A stretch of 64,000 bases of DNA from Eledone cirrhosa (taxonomy: Eukaryota). The stretch covers positions 620,001 through 684,000 of the forward strand of contig OZ024746.1 in assembly GCA_964016885.1 (NCBI GenBank). Reading direction: 5' to 3'. Shown here piece by piece: positions 13,218-26,486 of this stretch; the stretch's first letter is position 1, and each line of letters opens with the position of its first letter. Position numbers and translations under genes: made by a program. The notes under the pieces were generated by a model that saw only the letters and a program-made list of their open reading frames with translations, ran no database searches and had not been told where the DNA came from.

Positions 13218-13799
13218 GACATGTATAGACATATTTACACATTTTGGGATGGCCGTTGACTCTTATGAGTTCTTCTGCCCTTTGTCAGGTTTTGTTCTTT
13301 GTCCTGCAGGGTGTCCAAATATAACCCTCCTCACCAAGTAAACTTGGTGGGGTTGCTGGTTTAGTTGCCGACGACCCGACCATATGACGGGTTGTACTGG
13401 GTTACATGTTACCAGTCGCACTCAAGAGTGACCCGACATATACACACATAATATCATCATTTAATTCCTGTTTTCCCAACTAACAAGAGTAGATCGTCAC
13501 AGACTGAGTATCCAAGCAGAGCTACAGACCAGTTAGATGAGCCAGGGGCTCCCAAATCTCACATAAATACAATCCTGTGCTCTACATATATGATGGGACT
13601 AATGATGATGATATATAAATTTACGTCTACTGGCCATGCTAGTATGACTCAGATGTCATCTCGACAGGTCAGGTGACCATGTCTTCTTTATGTGTTATGT
13701 TTATGTTATATATGGCTAGATGTTCTTCTCATCATCAGCTACTTTACAGCATTTAGTGGGGGCACTATCACTTTACAGGATGGACTGGCTACTTTTTGT

Positions 13800-14614
13800 T
13801 GTGGCACCATGGCACTACCACTTTACAAAGTGTACTGGGTGTATTTTATCATGACACCAGCACCACCACTTTACAGAGTGTACTGGGTGTATTATATTAT
13901 GATACCAACACTACCACTTTACAGAGTGTACTGGGTTTATTATATCATGATACCAGCACTATCACTTTACAGAGTGTACTGGGTGTGTTTTACCATGCAC
14001 CAGCACTATCACTTTACAGAGTGTACTGGGTGTATTTTATCATGACACCAGCACTACTATTTTACAGGGTGTACTAAGTGTATTTTATCATGACAGCAAC
14101 ACTACCACCTTACAGAGTGTACTGGATGTATTTTATTGTGACACCAACACTACCACTTTACAAAGTGTACTGGGTGTAGTTTATCACGACACCAGCACTA
14201 CCACTTTACAGAGTGTACTGGGTGTAGTTTATCATGATACCAACACTACCACTTTACAAAGTGTACTGGATGTATTTTATCATGATACCAAGACTACGAC
14301 CTTACAGAGTGTACTGGGTGTATTTTATTGTGACACCAGCACTACCACTTGACAAAGTGTACTGGATGTATTTTATCATGATACCAGCACTACGACCTTA
14401 CAGAGTGTACTGGGTGTATTTTATTGTGACACCAGCACTACCACTTGACAAAGTGTACTGGGTGTATTTTATCATGATACCAGCACTACCACTCTACAGA
14501 GTGTACTGGGTGTATTTTATTGTGGCACCAGCACTACCACTTTACAAAGTGTACTGGGTGTATTTTATCATGATACCAGCACTACGACCTTACAGAGTAT
14601 ACTGGGTGTATTTT
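13800..14614. repeat. 48-bp minisatellite, ~17 copies
   Basis: Unit atgacaccagcactaccactttacagagtgtactgggtgtattttatc. Confidence 0.95.
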
Positions 14615-15132
14615 AACATGTACAATTAAATAAGTTTAAAATCAGTTGCATAGGAAATAGAGTAGATTGTTTTAAATATCAATTGTCTGAAGATAGCAGC
14701 TGTGCTTTTATAAATAGTCAGAAGATAATAGTTATCCTTCAGCAGCTGTAGGGGTGGTTGCTTAATGCAAAGGAAAGTTATACAAACAGCTACTATAGAC
14801 ATAGAAGTATATTTTATGAGATAACGTATCTATTGATCTATCTGCTAAAATATGACATAAACCATTGTTGCTCTTAGTTTCAAGTCAGATGTGATTGAGT
14901 TGACTTAAAGGTATTCAAGCTGTTACCATATCATCTTCTGTTGAGATGTAGAGTATTTAAAGGAGATATTGTTGTTATTTCTAGTAGACCAGGTGACCAC
15001 TGACATTCTCTCATTGTCACCAATAAAATGACAGCTTCAAATTTACAAGTTTTAAATTTTATCACAGAGCTGGTTCTCTATTAGATATACTACATTAGAT
15101 TGAATAATGGTCTTACTAGTTTAATACTGATA

Positions 15133-18100
15133 TATTGCTGGCGACCTAAATGGTCATGTTGGACAACATAGTGATGGCTATGATGGAATGCATGGAGGCT
15201 ATGGGTTTGGTACTAGAAATGAGGAAGGTCTCAGAATCCTGGAATTCTGTGACGCTAATAACCTAACTATCTGTAACACAAACTTCAAAAAACGAGACAA
15301 TCACTTGATCACCTATAGATCAGGGGAACACACCAGTCAGATAGATTATATCCTTACTAGAAGACGGGACAAAGTGGCTGTTGTAAACACTAAATCCCTC
15401 CCCCATGAAGAATGCACCTCCCAACATAGCCTCAGAGTTAGTGACCTCATAGTCAGGGCGAGATGTACTCGACAACAGAGGAGGACCACCCTGAGAAGAA
15501 CATGGAAGTTAAAGGACCCCACAACCAGTAACAAATTTAAAAACATATTACTTGATGCTTTTGACAGTAAGGAAGAGCAATTAGAATCGTACAATATAGA
15601 GGAACAGTGGGAATTCTTGAAAGTTAACCTGCCGAAGGCGACAGATGAAATCTGTGGCTGGAGCAGACCTATAGGCAGGAGGAGAGTAACATGGTGGTGG
15701 AACAGTAAGGTGGAGGAGTCAATCAAGGCCAAAAAGCAAGCTTGGAAAGTATGGCAGGATGGGTGAAGTAGAGAAGACTATCAAGTGGCCAGGAGGGAAG
15801 CTAGGAGACAAGTGTACTTCGCAAGAAGGGAAGCAGAGGAAAGAAAGTTCAAGCATGTTCTACAACGCGAGGACCAAAAACATGAGGTATTCAGGATTGC
15901 AAGACAATGTGTCAAGGAAAGCCGTGATATTGTCGGGGAGAAGTGTGTCTGTAATGATGATGGTGTACTTGCCATCACTGACACTGATAAGAAGGTAGCT
16001 TGGAAGTGTCACTACAAGAGATTACTAAATGAGGAGAATAAATATGAAAAAGATAGTCTGCCCCAAATCGATCCAATAGAGGGACCAGCAGGGCAAGTTG
16101 AAGGTAGTATAATAAGTAATGCAATCAAAGATATGAAGACATGCAAGGCAGCTGGGCCTTCGGAGATAGTTGCTGAAATGTTGAAAGCATCTGGAATGGT
16201 GGGACACACTATGGTCACCCAGATAGTAAACCAAGTCATACAGAATGGGGTCATACCAAATGACTGGCGTACCAGCATCATCATTAACTGCTACAAGGGA
16301 ATAGGAGATGCCCTAGATAGGGGAAACTATAGAGGTATTAAATTGATTGACCAGGTCATGAAGGTCACAGAAAGAGTTATAGCACAACTAATCAGAGAGC
16401 GAATTGATCTAGATGAAATGCAGTTTGGATTTGTGTCAGGTAAAAGTACAACGGATGCTCTTTTCCTTGTACAACAACTACAGGACAAGTACCTAGCTAA
16501 AAGTAAACCCCTATACTTAGCTATTGTTGCCTTGGAGAAAGCCTTTGCCAGAGTCCCCCCCGCTCCATTATCTGGTGGGCACTTAGAAAACTAGGTGTTG
16601 ATGAATGGCTTGTGAGAGCTATACAAGCCATGTATAAAGAAACAGTCAGAAAGGTTAGAATTAACAACAAATATAGTGAAGAATTTAACGTAAAAGTTGC
16701 TGTTCATTAAGGCTCTGTCCTTACCCCCCTCCTATTTATTATTGCCCTTCAGGCTATAACAGAGGAGTTCAAGACTGGCTGCCCATGGGAACTTCTATAC
16801 GCAGATGATTTAACTCTCATAGCTGAATCAATGGCGGAACTAGAGAAGAAATTCCAAACATGGAAGCATGGCCTAGAATCAACTAAGACTAAAGTTCTAG
16901 TATGTAGAAAGGAAAATTGGGTACAGGTACCCTCTGGCAAATGGCCATGCTCAGTGTGTAGGAAAGGAGTAGGCAGAAATTCCATATTATGTCCCAAATG
17001 CAAACTATGAGTACATAAAAGATGTAGTGGGATCATAGGTAAGCTATCTAAGAACGTAGATTTTATATGTGGCCGATGCTCAGGTGCAATAAGTAGCAAG
17101 TGCCCACAGGATACTAGCTCCTTCTATTGCCTAGATGGTTCTATAGAAATGGTGGACACCTTCCGTTACCTGGGTGACAAAATCACCAGTGGTAGAGGGT
17201 GCTCTGAAAGTACAGTAGCCAGAGTCAGAACGGGATGGAAAAAGTTCAGAGAGCTTATACCACTATTGACCCCTAAAGGTTTCTCTCTAAAAATAAAAGG
17301 CAGATTGTATGATGCCTGTATACAAACAGCAATGTTACATGGCAGTGAGACATGGGCATTGTGTGCAGAGGATCTGCGCAGACTGGAGAGGAACGAAGCT
17401 TGCATGCTCCGTTGGATGTGTAATAGTAATATACGCGAACGGCAAAGCATAAATGAACTAAGTGAGAAATTAGGAATAAGAGGGATCAGCTGCTGTTTAC
17501 TTGAAAGAAGACTATGTTGGTATGGCCATGTGATGCGCATGAAAGACGACAGTTGTATAAAAAAGTGCAGGGCGATAAAAATTGATGGATGTTTCGGAGT
17601 AGGTAGACCCAGAAAAACCTGGGATGATTTGATAAATTCCAACCTCACACACTTACACCTCTCCAAGACAATGTCACTGGACCGAGAGCTTTGGCACTAC
17701 GCAGTAATACAGAAGACTCACCTTGCCTATGTACAAAGCGAAACCTACAGTCAGTAGGTACCTGTTAACCAAATATATTCCCCATCCCACTACCCCTACT
17801 CCACCCCACCCCTACCAATACCACCCTTTCTCTGTAAAGTTATGTTGGTACCATAACATCCAGTCCAAAATAAATGAGGTCATGTAGGTGTCACGACAAA
17901 AAAACACACAGTCTACGCTGTAATGTGGCTGTGTAGGTAACACGGTAAAAACCTCCCAATTCCACACTGTAAACGTGGTTGGTGTTAGGAAGGGCATCCA
18001 GCCGTAGAAAACCTGCCAGATACAGCTCTATACAACGAGTCATGGTCACCCGACCAATCTTACCTCAAGTAGGATAATTCTCGTCTAAACCTATGTTACC

Positions 18101-18145
18101 ATGGAAGATAGACGTTAAACGTTGATGATGATGATGATGATGATG
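15133..18145 (+). mobile_element. RTE-clade LINE, 5'-truncated and decayed (APE C-terminus, RT, 3' UTR, (GAT)n tail)
   Basis: AGDLNGHVG, SQIDYIL (APE). [39 protein letters not shown] (RT and C-terminus). Stops and frameshifts present. Confidence 0.93.
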
Positions 18146-18552
18146 TATATATATATATATATATATGGTCATGTAGGTGTCACGGCAAAAAGCACCCAGC
18201 CCACACTGTAAATGTGGTTGGCATTAGAAAGGGCATCCAGCCATAGAAAACAAGCCAGAAACAGTCCTATATGAGTGACACATGGTCACCCGACCTAACT
18301 TGCCTCAAATGGGACAAACCCGTCTAACCCATGCTAGTGTGGGAGATAGATGTTAAAAGATGATGATTATGTTGATATATAAAAGAAGAAATTAGCTATA
18401 TGGAATGGGATGGTCTCCTCCAGGTTTAAACACCCTAGATGCTACCCATATGACTCCTTCAGGAATTCAGGGTCCATGGATAGACATATAACAATAGAGA
18501 ACATTGTCAATTCTTGATAATGAATATTTAGTGAGAGGAGAGAAATATTTAC

Positions 18553-18634
18553 CTGTTGCTAAACAGTTTTTATCAACAGGTAGGTAATAATTTGCAGGAA
18601 CCATTAACCAATGTTTTGAAAGGTTACCTGTTCC
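18553..18634 (-). CDS. GALM: GALM exon (human exon 4 equivalent)
   Basis: ttttttaacag|GTGNLSKHWLMVPANYYLPVDKNCLAT-G|gtaaat. 82 bp. Matches the YLPVD...TG segment and its phase fits both neighbours. Not in the ORF track in this frame. Confidence 0.92.
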
Positions 18635-18760
18635 CTGTTAAAAAATAAATAAGTAAATATATATGATTTCTTTTGAATGAAACAGTTCTAGTCCTGTAGA
18701 AGCCATTTCTATATTGAACATGATAAGCAGTGAAAAGCGGATGTAAAATGAAAATACATA

Positions 18761-19306
<546 letters not shown>

Positions 19307-19460
19307 TATATATATATATATATTAGAAAGTGAGGTTTTTTTTACAAAATGAAAAATAACCGAGGTGTCCTACACGAGTGAAAGTGTAAAGAAAAAGAGA
19401 TGAAATCGAAAATGCAACTGGAGTCTTATTTTTTAAAAAAATATATATATTTATTTGGTT

Positions 19461-19498
19461 CCTTTACCGGTTTCGCAGTTCTTCTGCTTTTCAAAAGG
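19461..19498 (-). ncRNA. Minimal type I hammerhead, U3-A8 core variant
   Basis: Minus strand: cctt-TTGAAAA-gcag(aagaa)ctgc-GAA-accggt-a-aagg, at the 3' end of the Neptune-type PLE. Confidence 0.75.
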
Positions 19499-20357
19499 TG
19501 AGTTGAGATGGAGGGTCTGTGGTTTTTCTCACATCTGGTTGGTCTCTGAATGTTACTTGTTTTATATGGAAAAAGTGGCTCGAAATGCCAGGTTTTTCGA
19601 GAAGTAATTTGATTGGTTTGTCAATAATTATAATAAATTTCGCGCCAGTTCGCGTTACAATAGTTCTTCAAATAAGAGGGGGGGGGGGGGGGGGGTTGTC
19701 ACAGGTTGTTTTTTCATATATGAGTGTTTGAATTTCTTTTTACTTGAAAAAAGGAGGCTCACGAAGGCTTTTTTTTGGTTGGTTATAAATGAAATTATGG
19801 CTGTCACGTGAACAAATTTTCATTAAATTTTTGTGCCCTTATTTGGAAATCCATTCTCTAGCCTTTTTAGAGAATTTTTTGATAAAAAGATAATGGTCAA
19901 GAGAAAGGGATGGGAGAATTGTTCTGGTTCAGTGAATATGGTTAGTTCGCTGGGGTGTCAGAATTCAGATTTTCTATTGAATAAAGAAAGTAAAGATATG
20001 TATGTTTATTTGTGTGCTTGTGTGTGTGTGTGTGCATGTGTGTGTGTGTGTGTGTGTGTTTGACTTTCTTTACTTTAAAAAAAGGTGGCTCACGAAGGTT
20101 TTTTTTTAATAAACGTGATTTGATTGGTTATAAATGAAATTTGGCTGTCACGTGAACAAGTTTTCATTACATTTTTGCGCCCTTATTTGGAAAACTATTC
20201 TGTAGTCTTTATAGCGAATGTTATGACAATAGAAAGATAGTGGTCAAGAGAAAAGGGATTGTTCTGGTTCAGTGAATATGGTTAGTTCGCTGGGGTGTCA
20301 GAGTTCAGATTTTCTATTGAAGTGAAGATATGTATGTTTATTTGTGTGCTTGTGTGT

Positions 20358-20436
<79 letters not shown>

Positions 20437-20703
20437 TATTGGAAGATGATTCTATTAGTAGAAATGGGGGAGGGAGTTGTGTGTGTGTGTATATATGGGT
20501 GTTATGTGTGTGTGTGCGAGTATGTTAAGATGGAGAGAATATATATTTTGTGTGTGTATATTTATGTGTGTAGGAAAGTGGTTCTATTAGTAGAAATGGG
20601 GAGGGAGTTGTGGGTGTGGGGGTTGTTATGTGTGTGTATGGGTGTTATGTGTGTGGGAGTATGGTTAGCATGTTAAGATGAAGAGAATATATATATATAT
20701 ATG

Positions 20704-21046
20704 GAGGCACATGGCTTAGTGGTTAGAGCATTGGCCTTGCAATCGAAAGGTTGTGAGTTCAATTCTCAGACCGGGTGATGTGTTGTTTCCTTGAGCAAGA
20801 CACTTTATTTCACATTGCTCCAGTTTACTCAGCTGTAGAAATGAGATGATAGGGACTGGGGTCCCTATCATTCCACTGTAAAAGTGGTCGTGGAGGTGCC
20901 ACGGCAAAAAAGCACCCAGCCCTCGCTGTAAATGAGGTTGGTGTTAGGAAGGGCATCCAGCTGTAGAAATCAAGCCAGAATCAGTTCCCGTCCCACCCTT
21001 GCAAGCAGGGAAAAGTGGACGTAAAATGAAATGATGATGAAATGAT
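20704..21046 (+). mobile_element. tRNA-derived SINE with RTE-derived 3' tail
   Basis: A-box tggcttagtgg, B-box gagttcaattc, central ccttgagcaagacacttt, RTE 3' UTR and tail. Confidence 0.85.
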
Positions 21047-23597
21047 ATATTGTGTGTGCGTGTATGTGTGTAGGAAAGTGATTCCTTTAGTAGGAATATT
21101 TTTGAATGAACATATTTTCCTTACTTATTCGTGTTTGCTGTTGTATTGTCAGTGCAAACGTATGTTAAGGTTTATTTAGTTCGGGTTTTTATTTTCTAAA
21201 GTAGAAGGTGTTATGTGTGTGTGTGTATGTCATATTATGGTGTTGACATAATGTATATTAAACCTTATTTAATGTTGGTCTATATTTTTGAATAAACATA
21301 TTTTCCTTATTTATTCGCATTTGTTCTGTTGTATTGTTAGCGCAAAGGTAAAATGGGAAGACTTGGAATTTGGGTGTCTTATTACTTGCGCAAATGTCTA
21401 GATGTGCACTTAGTGGTATCTGTCTCGTGGTTGGATCTCGTAATTGTTGGCGATGAACTGTCATTCTGTTTCTGAGTGTGAGTTTAGTTTGTCCTATATA
21501 ATCTTCATTGCATCCTTTACATTTAATGGCATAAATTAGATTTTTTGATGAGCAAGTGAAGTGATTTTTTACAGTAAAATTTTGTCCTGATTTAAATGTA
21601 TACGTGTTGCCTTCAATGAGGTGAGTGCAGGTTCCACAATTAGAGCGACCACATTTTTTGATACTTGGTTGTGGGTTTGTGGTAGGTAATTTGGCATTGG
21701 TGAGTAATGTTTTCAGTGATTTTGGTTGTCTTTTGCTTTTGATTATTTTGTGTGTTTCAAGGGCTTTTTTCATTCTTGGGTTTTGTTTTAGTAGTGGGAT
21801 GTTATTGTGAATAGTGTTGTAAGCTTCCGCATTTCTTGGGTTGTGTGTTGAGATATATGATAGAATATTGGACGTACCTTGAATTTGTTTCTGTTTCCGT
21901 AATTCATCAATGCCTATTGCTTTAGCCCTTTCTATTCCATTATTTATTAGTAATAGTGGGTACTCTCTCTCGAGTAGAATTTCCTTTAATTATTGAAGTC
22001 TTTTATTTCGCGTTTCATAATTGGAGACAATTGTGCAAATTCTTCTTGCTAGGTTAAAAGGAATGTTCGTCTTCGTGTGCTTTGGATGGTTGGAGGTGAA
22101 TAGCAGATATTGTTTGGAATCTGTTGGTTTGTAGTGAATGTCAGTTTCGATATTTGTGTCTTTTTTTAAGATTAAGATGTCCAGAAATAGGAGTTGATCT
22201 TGGCTGTATTCCATTGTGAATTGGATGTGGTTATTGATGCCGTTTATTAAGTTTTTTGAAATCCTTCAGTTGGTCGAGTGTGTGGGACCAAAGAATGAGG
22301 CAATCATCCAAGTAGCGTTTCCAATTCTCTGATAAATATTTGTGGAAGTTCAATCCGTATTTTGATTTGGGCTGTTCATATATCTGGACTTCTAAGTATG
22401 CTATGACTAAGTTGGCATAAGTTGGAGCGGCTTTTGTACCCATCGCAGTCCCCGATATTTGCTTGTAAGTATTGCCATCGAAATCAAAAAAGTTGTTCTG
22501 TAGGATGAATTTTAATCCCTCGGTGATGAAGCTTTTTTCTATTCTGTCAGGTATCTCATTGGGATATTTCTCTAGCCAGAATCCTATTGCTTCTAGTCCG
22601 TATTGGTGTGGGATCGTTGTGTAGAGATTCACTACATCGAAAGACACAATAATAGTGTCATTGTTGACATGTTTGGGGAGGTGGTTTAAGAGGTCCAGAT
22701 CGTCTCTTACAAGGCTTGGTATGTGTTTCAGTATTGGTTTAAGTAGTATGTCTATAAAGTTGCTCAATCTGTGTGTTTCACATTGTGGGCCCGCTACAAT
22801 TGGTCTTAATTTAAGGTCTGTGGGGTATTGTGTGTTCACGCAGGCTGAGGTGGATTGTTTACAGGCATCGTTGATTATTTTACACTTGTGGATCTTCGGA
22901 AGTTCGTAAAGGTTGCTGGTTTTGTATTCAAAATTTGTTAAATAATCGCGTTCCTTTTTAGTTAGGTCTTCCTGGTATCGATAAATCAGTGTGTTTAATT
23001 TGGTCATTATTTTTGATTGCTGGTAGTTTTTTACTCTTTCATAGTAATTAGTATTTTGTAAGAGAGAGAACATAGAATTTTTATATTTTTCAGCCTCCAT
23101 AATGACAACAGTACTTCCCTTGTCCGCTTCCTTAATTATAATGTCCGTATTGTTTTTTAGTTCATGGATAATCTCCCATTCCCTTCAACTCGTGTTGGGT
23201 TTGGGTTTAGGTTGCGGTAGTTCATGGTATGGGAAGGTAGCTATGTGGTCACAAAATTTGTCCAGAACTCTGTTTCTACCTTTTGTTGGGTTGTAGCTGC
23301 TTTTATTCCGTACAATTGATTCATCGTTATTCTCCTTGTCAAAGAATTCCTCTGTGAGACGTAATTTTCTACAGAAGTGTGAGATATCGTCATTTATCTC
23401 GTTGGGGTTAGGGTATTGTGGTGTTGGTGTGATTTCAGACCTTTGGAGAGAATTTTTACTTGTTGGGCTGAGAGGGTTGTATTTGAAATGTTAATTATAT
23501 ATATATATAAGTGGTTACACAACAGTTAGTTCACCATACCGAGAACAATTGTTTCACCTTAGCGGATCCTCAGCTCGGATCTGATTCCGAGCTGATT

Positions 23598-23637
23598 CCG
23601 AGCTGAGGATCCGCTAAGGTGAAACAATTGTTCTCGG
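23598..23637 (+). ncRNA. Minimal type I hammerhead (mirror copy on minus strand at 23539-23578)
   Basis: ccgag-CTGAGGA-tcc(gctaa)ggt-GAA-acaattgt-t-ctcgg. Palindromic stem III. Partial third copy at ~46481-46516. Confidence 0.75.
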
Positions 23638-23756
23638 TATGGTGAACTAACTGTTGTGTAACCACTTCTACTTAACTCGTCCCTTGGACTGAGTGCTCTA
23701 CCACTACGGATATTACCTTCCAGTGTTCCACTACTATATATATATATATATATATA

Positions 23757-24382
23757 TGAGACAGGTTGTACTGGGATACATGTTACCAGTTGGTGCTACT
23801 GGTAACATGTATCCCAGTACAACCTGTCTCATGGTCGGGTCGTTGGCGACTAAACTGGCAACCCCACTAAGGTTTCTTGGTGAGGAGGGTGACTTTGGAC
23901 ATCCTGCAGGACTAAAAACAAAACCTGTCAAAGAGCAAAGGAGCTCTTAAGAGTCAATGGCCATCCAAAATCACCGGGAGAGATGATCCCTTAGCCTTTG
24001 TCAAGGCAGAATTCTAGGAGAAGGAAAACTCTGATATAACACCTGCAACTCTGATGGTATCCAATGATGTTGACTTGTTATTCTTTTTGGTAAATATCAT
24101 CTTGGTTAAGAGAGTGGCACTGGCTTTGTACAGTGCCTTTGCTCACTATAAAAGCTTCACGGCACAGGCATTGCTTTATATCTGGAGATCTCTCTGCACT
24201 TGTCGTCACATGGTACCATGGGCCCAGCACTATGTGTCAATAATTGTCACAGGTGTAATGTTTGTACCAGAGTTTTCAAGTCGCTGGCTGGACTAAAAAG
24301 TCACACTCGTTCAGCGCATTGGTAGGGGTTCTCCTACATGGATATAAAGTAGTGGCCGTATTCGAAAACGAGTAGGCAGCCA

Positions 24383-24385
<3 letters not shown>
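23757..24385 (+). mobile_element. Non-coding RTE 5'-UTR-like repeat (second copy ~12850-13440, minus)
   Basis: Two clearly homologous copies. Contains ctaggagaaggaaaactctgatataa, a motif typical of RTE 5' regions. Confidence 0.6.
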
Positions 24386-24421
<36 letters not shown>

Positions 24422-26486
24422 AAATGACAAAAGACCAAGGTTAACAACTTAAATCCATTCTTTCATTTCTACATCTGTTTCAATGTGGTTACAATAGTAC
24501 ATGCATATATTGAAACGGGTGTAGAAATTAAATAATGGATTTAAGTTGAATAGATATCTATTACAGTGATTAGATCAATGACACAGAACCTAGATTATAC
24601 TGCAGTGATCAATGAGAAATACATCATAGATTTTTTTATCAATATTTATTGTTTTACAACTCACACCGATGTTTGTTTAACTGGCCTCCTACTAGGTTGT
24701 ATCTGAGACGAGCTTTCTCAAGTGTTTTAATGATAAAGACCCAAGTCCTATCAAGAAAGACACCCTCACCCACACAGAACTGGCTCAAGTTCCTGCCATT
24801 GAAACTTATTTTTTATTCAGCTGAGGGAACTGGAACAACGTGAAATTAAGGATCTTGCTCAAGACACAACACACTCTATTGCAGTAATGAGAATGTTTGT
24901 AAGTATACATCATAGATTTGTAATGCAGTGATCAATATAAGTGGTAGGTATAGATCATCAATTAGTACTGCAGTGATCAATATATTGCTAATTTAAGCAC
25001 AAAGCCAGTAAATTTAGTGGGAGGTCAAAGTTGATTAAATCACCACCAGTACTTGACTGCTTCTTTATTTTATTGACCCCAGGAGGATGAAAGGTAAAGT
25101 TGACGTTGAGTGGGATTTGAACTGAGAAAGTAAAGGACCAGAATACTGTGTATCTGACACTCAGTTCTGATAATCCACCACCACCGTTACTGAGATCAAT
25201 ATACTAGTAGATACTATAGATTTCTATCACAGTCATCAATACAAATGACGTCAATGAACTGTATGACAGTGATCAGTATGTGACAGGTGTTCTACAGGTT
25301 AACGTCATAAACATAAGATTGTGGGCTCGATTCTGGCATTATGTGGTGTGTATATGTCATGTTCTTAAGCAAGACACTTCATTTCACATTGCTCCAGTAC
25401 ACTTAACTGGAAAAAGAATTTAAATAAGTAACAGCAGCAGCAGCTCTCCTGCAACGGATTAGTGTCCAGATCAGAAGGGAAATTTTTCATAATGGGGGGA
25501 ATATATCATTAACACACCTGAGACACCTCCAATGAGATGTAAACTTGTAGGAGGTGAGGTACACCTACAGAGGTGAGAGCTGTAATGTTCATTATAAATT
25601 TGTATCATAGTGGTAGATATGTAACAGACTTCTTCCACATATTCCTGGGAGACTTGTAGGGGCAGAGTCCTGAAACACTCCTTCTAGTGGGTCCTGTCAG
25701 AAGAAACCATTTCCAACTGATCTGGCTGGATCCCCATGTGAGACCAACCAAGCCTATGGATGTTATCCAACCGTCCTGCTCGGGGTCTACTCCTGGGTCT
25801 CTTGCCGGTTGGTTTTGCCTGTAAAATCTGTCCAGTGATTCTTTCTTGAGACATTCTAACAACATGTCCTCTATAGTATCAGAGCTGTGATCTCTCAATT
25901 CAGAGAAGTAGTGACTCTACCTAGAGTGACTCTCTGATCTCTAAGCTACGCACTTTATTAAGTAACATTACTCCAAAGACCCTTCGAAGGAATCCTATTT
26001 CGGTTGCTTGTATTTGTGATCGTATTCTTTCAGTTATTACCCAACAATTGTGATCTTAGGTACGTATGTAATAGACATCATAAATATGGATGATGGTGGT
26101 AGATATGTAATAAACATACGTTATAAATGTGTCATATGTAATAGGTATGGTGTGGTCCAGCAATTTCTGAGGGAGTTGTAAGGGCACCCTATTGACATAC
26201 TTGCACGTTTCTTGGACATTTTAAAACCTGGTGGAGCCCATCTCCTCTCCAGATCTAAATACAGCAAATTTCTTCCAGAGAAGGATAGAGAGAGAGAGAG
26301 AGGAAGTGAGAAAGAGATATAGAGGAAGAATTAACCTCAGTACTAGGCTGGTACTTGTTTTACAGATCTCAAAAGGATGGAAGGCAAAGTTGGTCTTGCC
26401 AGGATTTCAATTGAGAGAGCAAGAAATGACAAGGCAGTCTATCCAACATTCTAACAACTCTTTCAATTCACCACTTTTATCATAGA

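Larger units (their letters stand above)
19330..23495 (-). mobile_element. Penelope-like retroelement (Neptune-type endonuclease), nearly full-length, with frameshift and stops
   Basis: KEADKGSTVVI (~23100-23135), VSFDVVNLYT, GTAMGTKAAP, KRYLDD, FLDI, linker CGRSNCGTC, LIYAIKCKGCNEDYIGQT (ORFs 22231-23100, 21990-22214, 21258-21773). Non-coding 3' region ends near an HHR at 19461-19498. Confidence 0.9.

Noticed and set aside
13380-13440. HDV-like ribozyme at the 5' end of the RTE-UTR-like repeat
   Set aside because: Could not build the P1/P1.1/P2/P3/P4 nested pseudoknot by eye.
20704-20775. tRNA gene (also 45999-46070, 12250-12323)
   Set aside because: A/B boxes are present but continue into a SINE body; I could not fold a complete cloverleaf.
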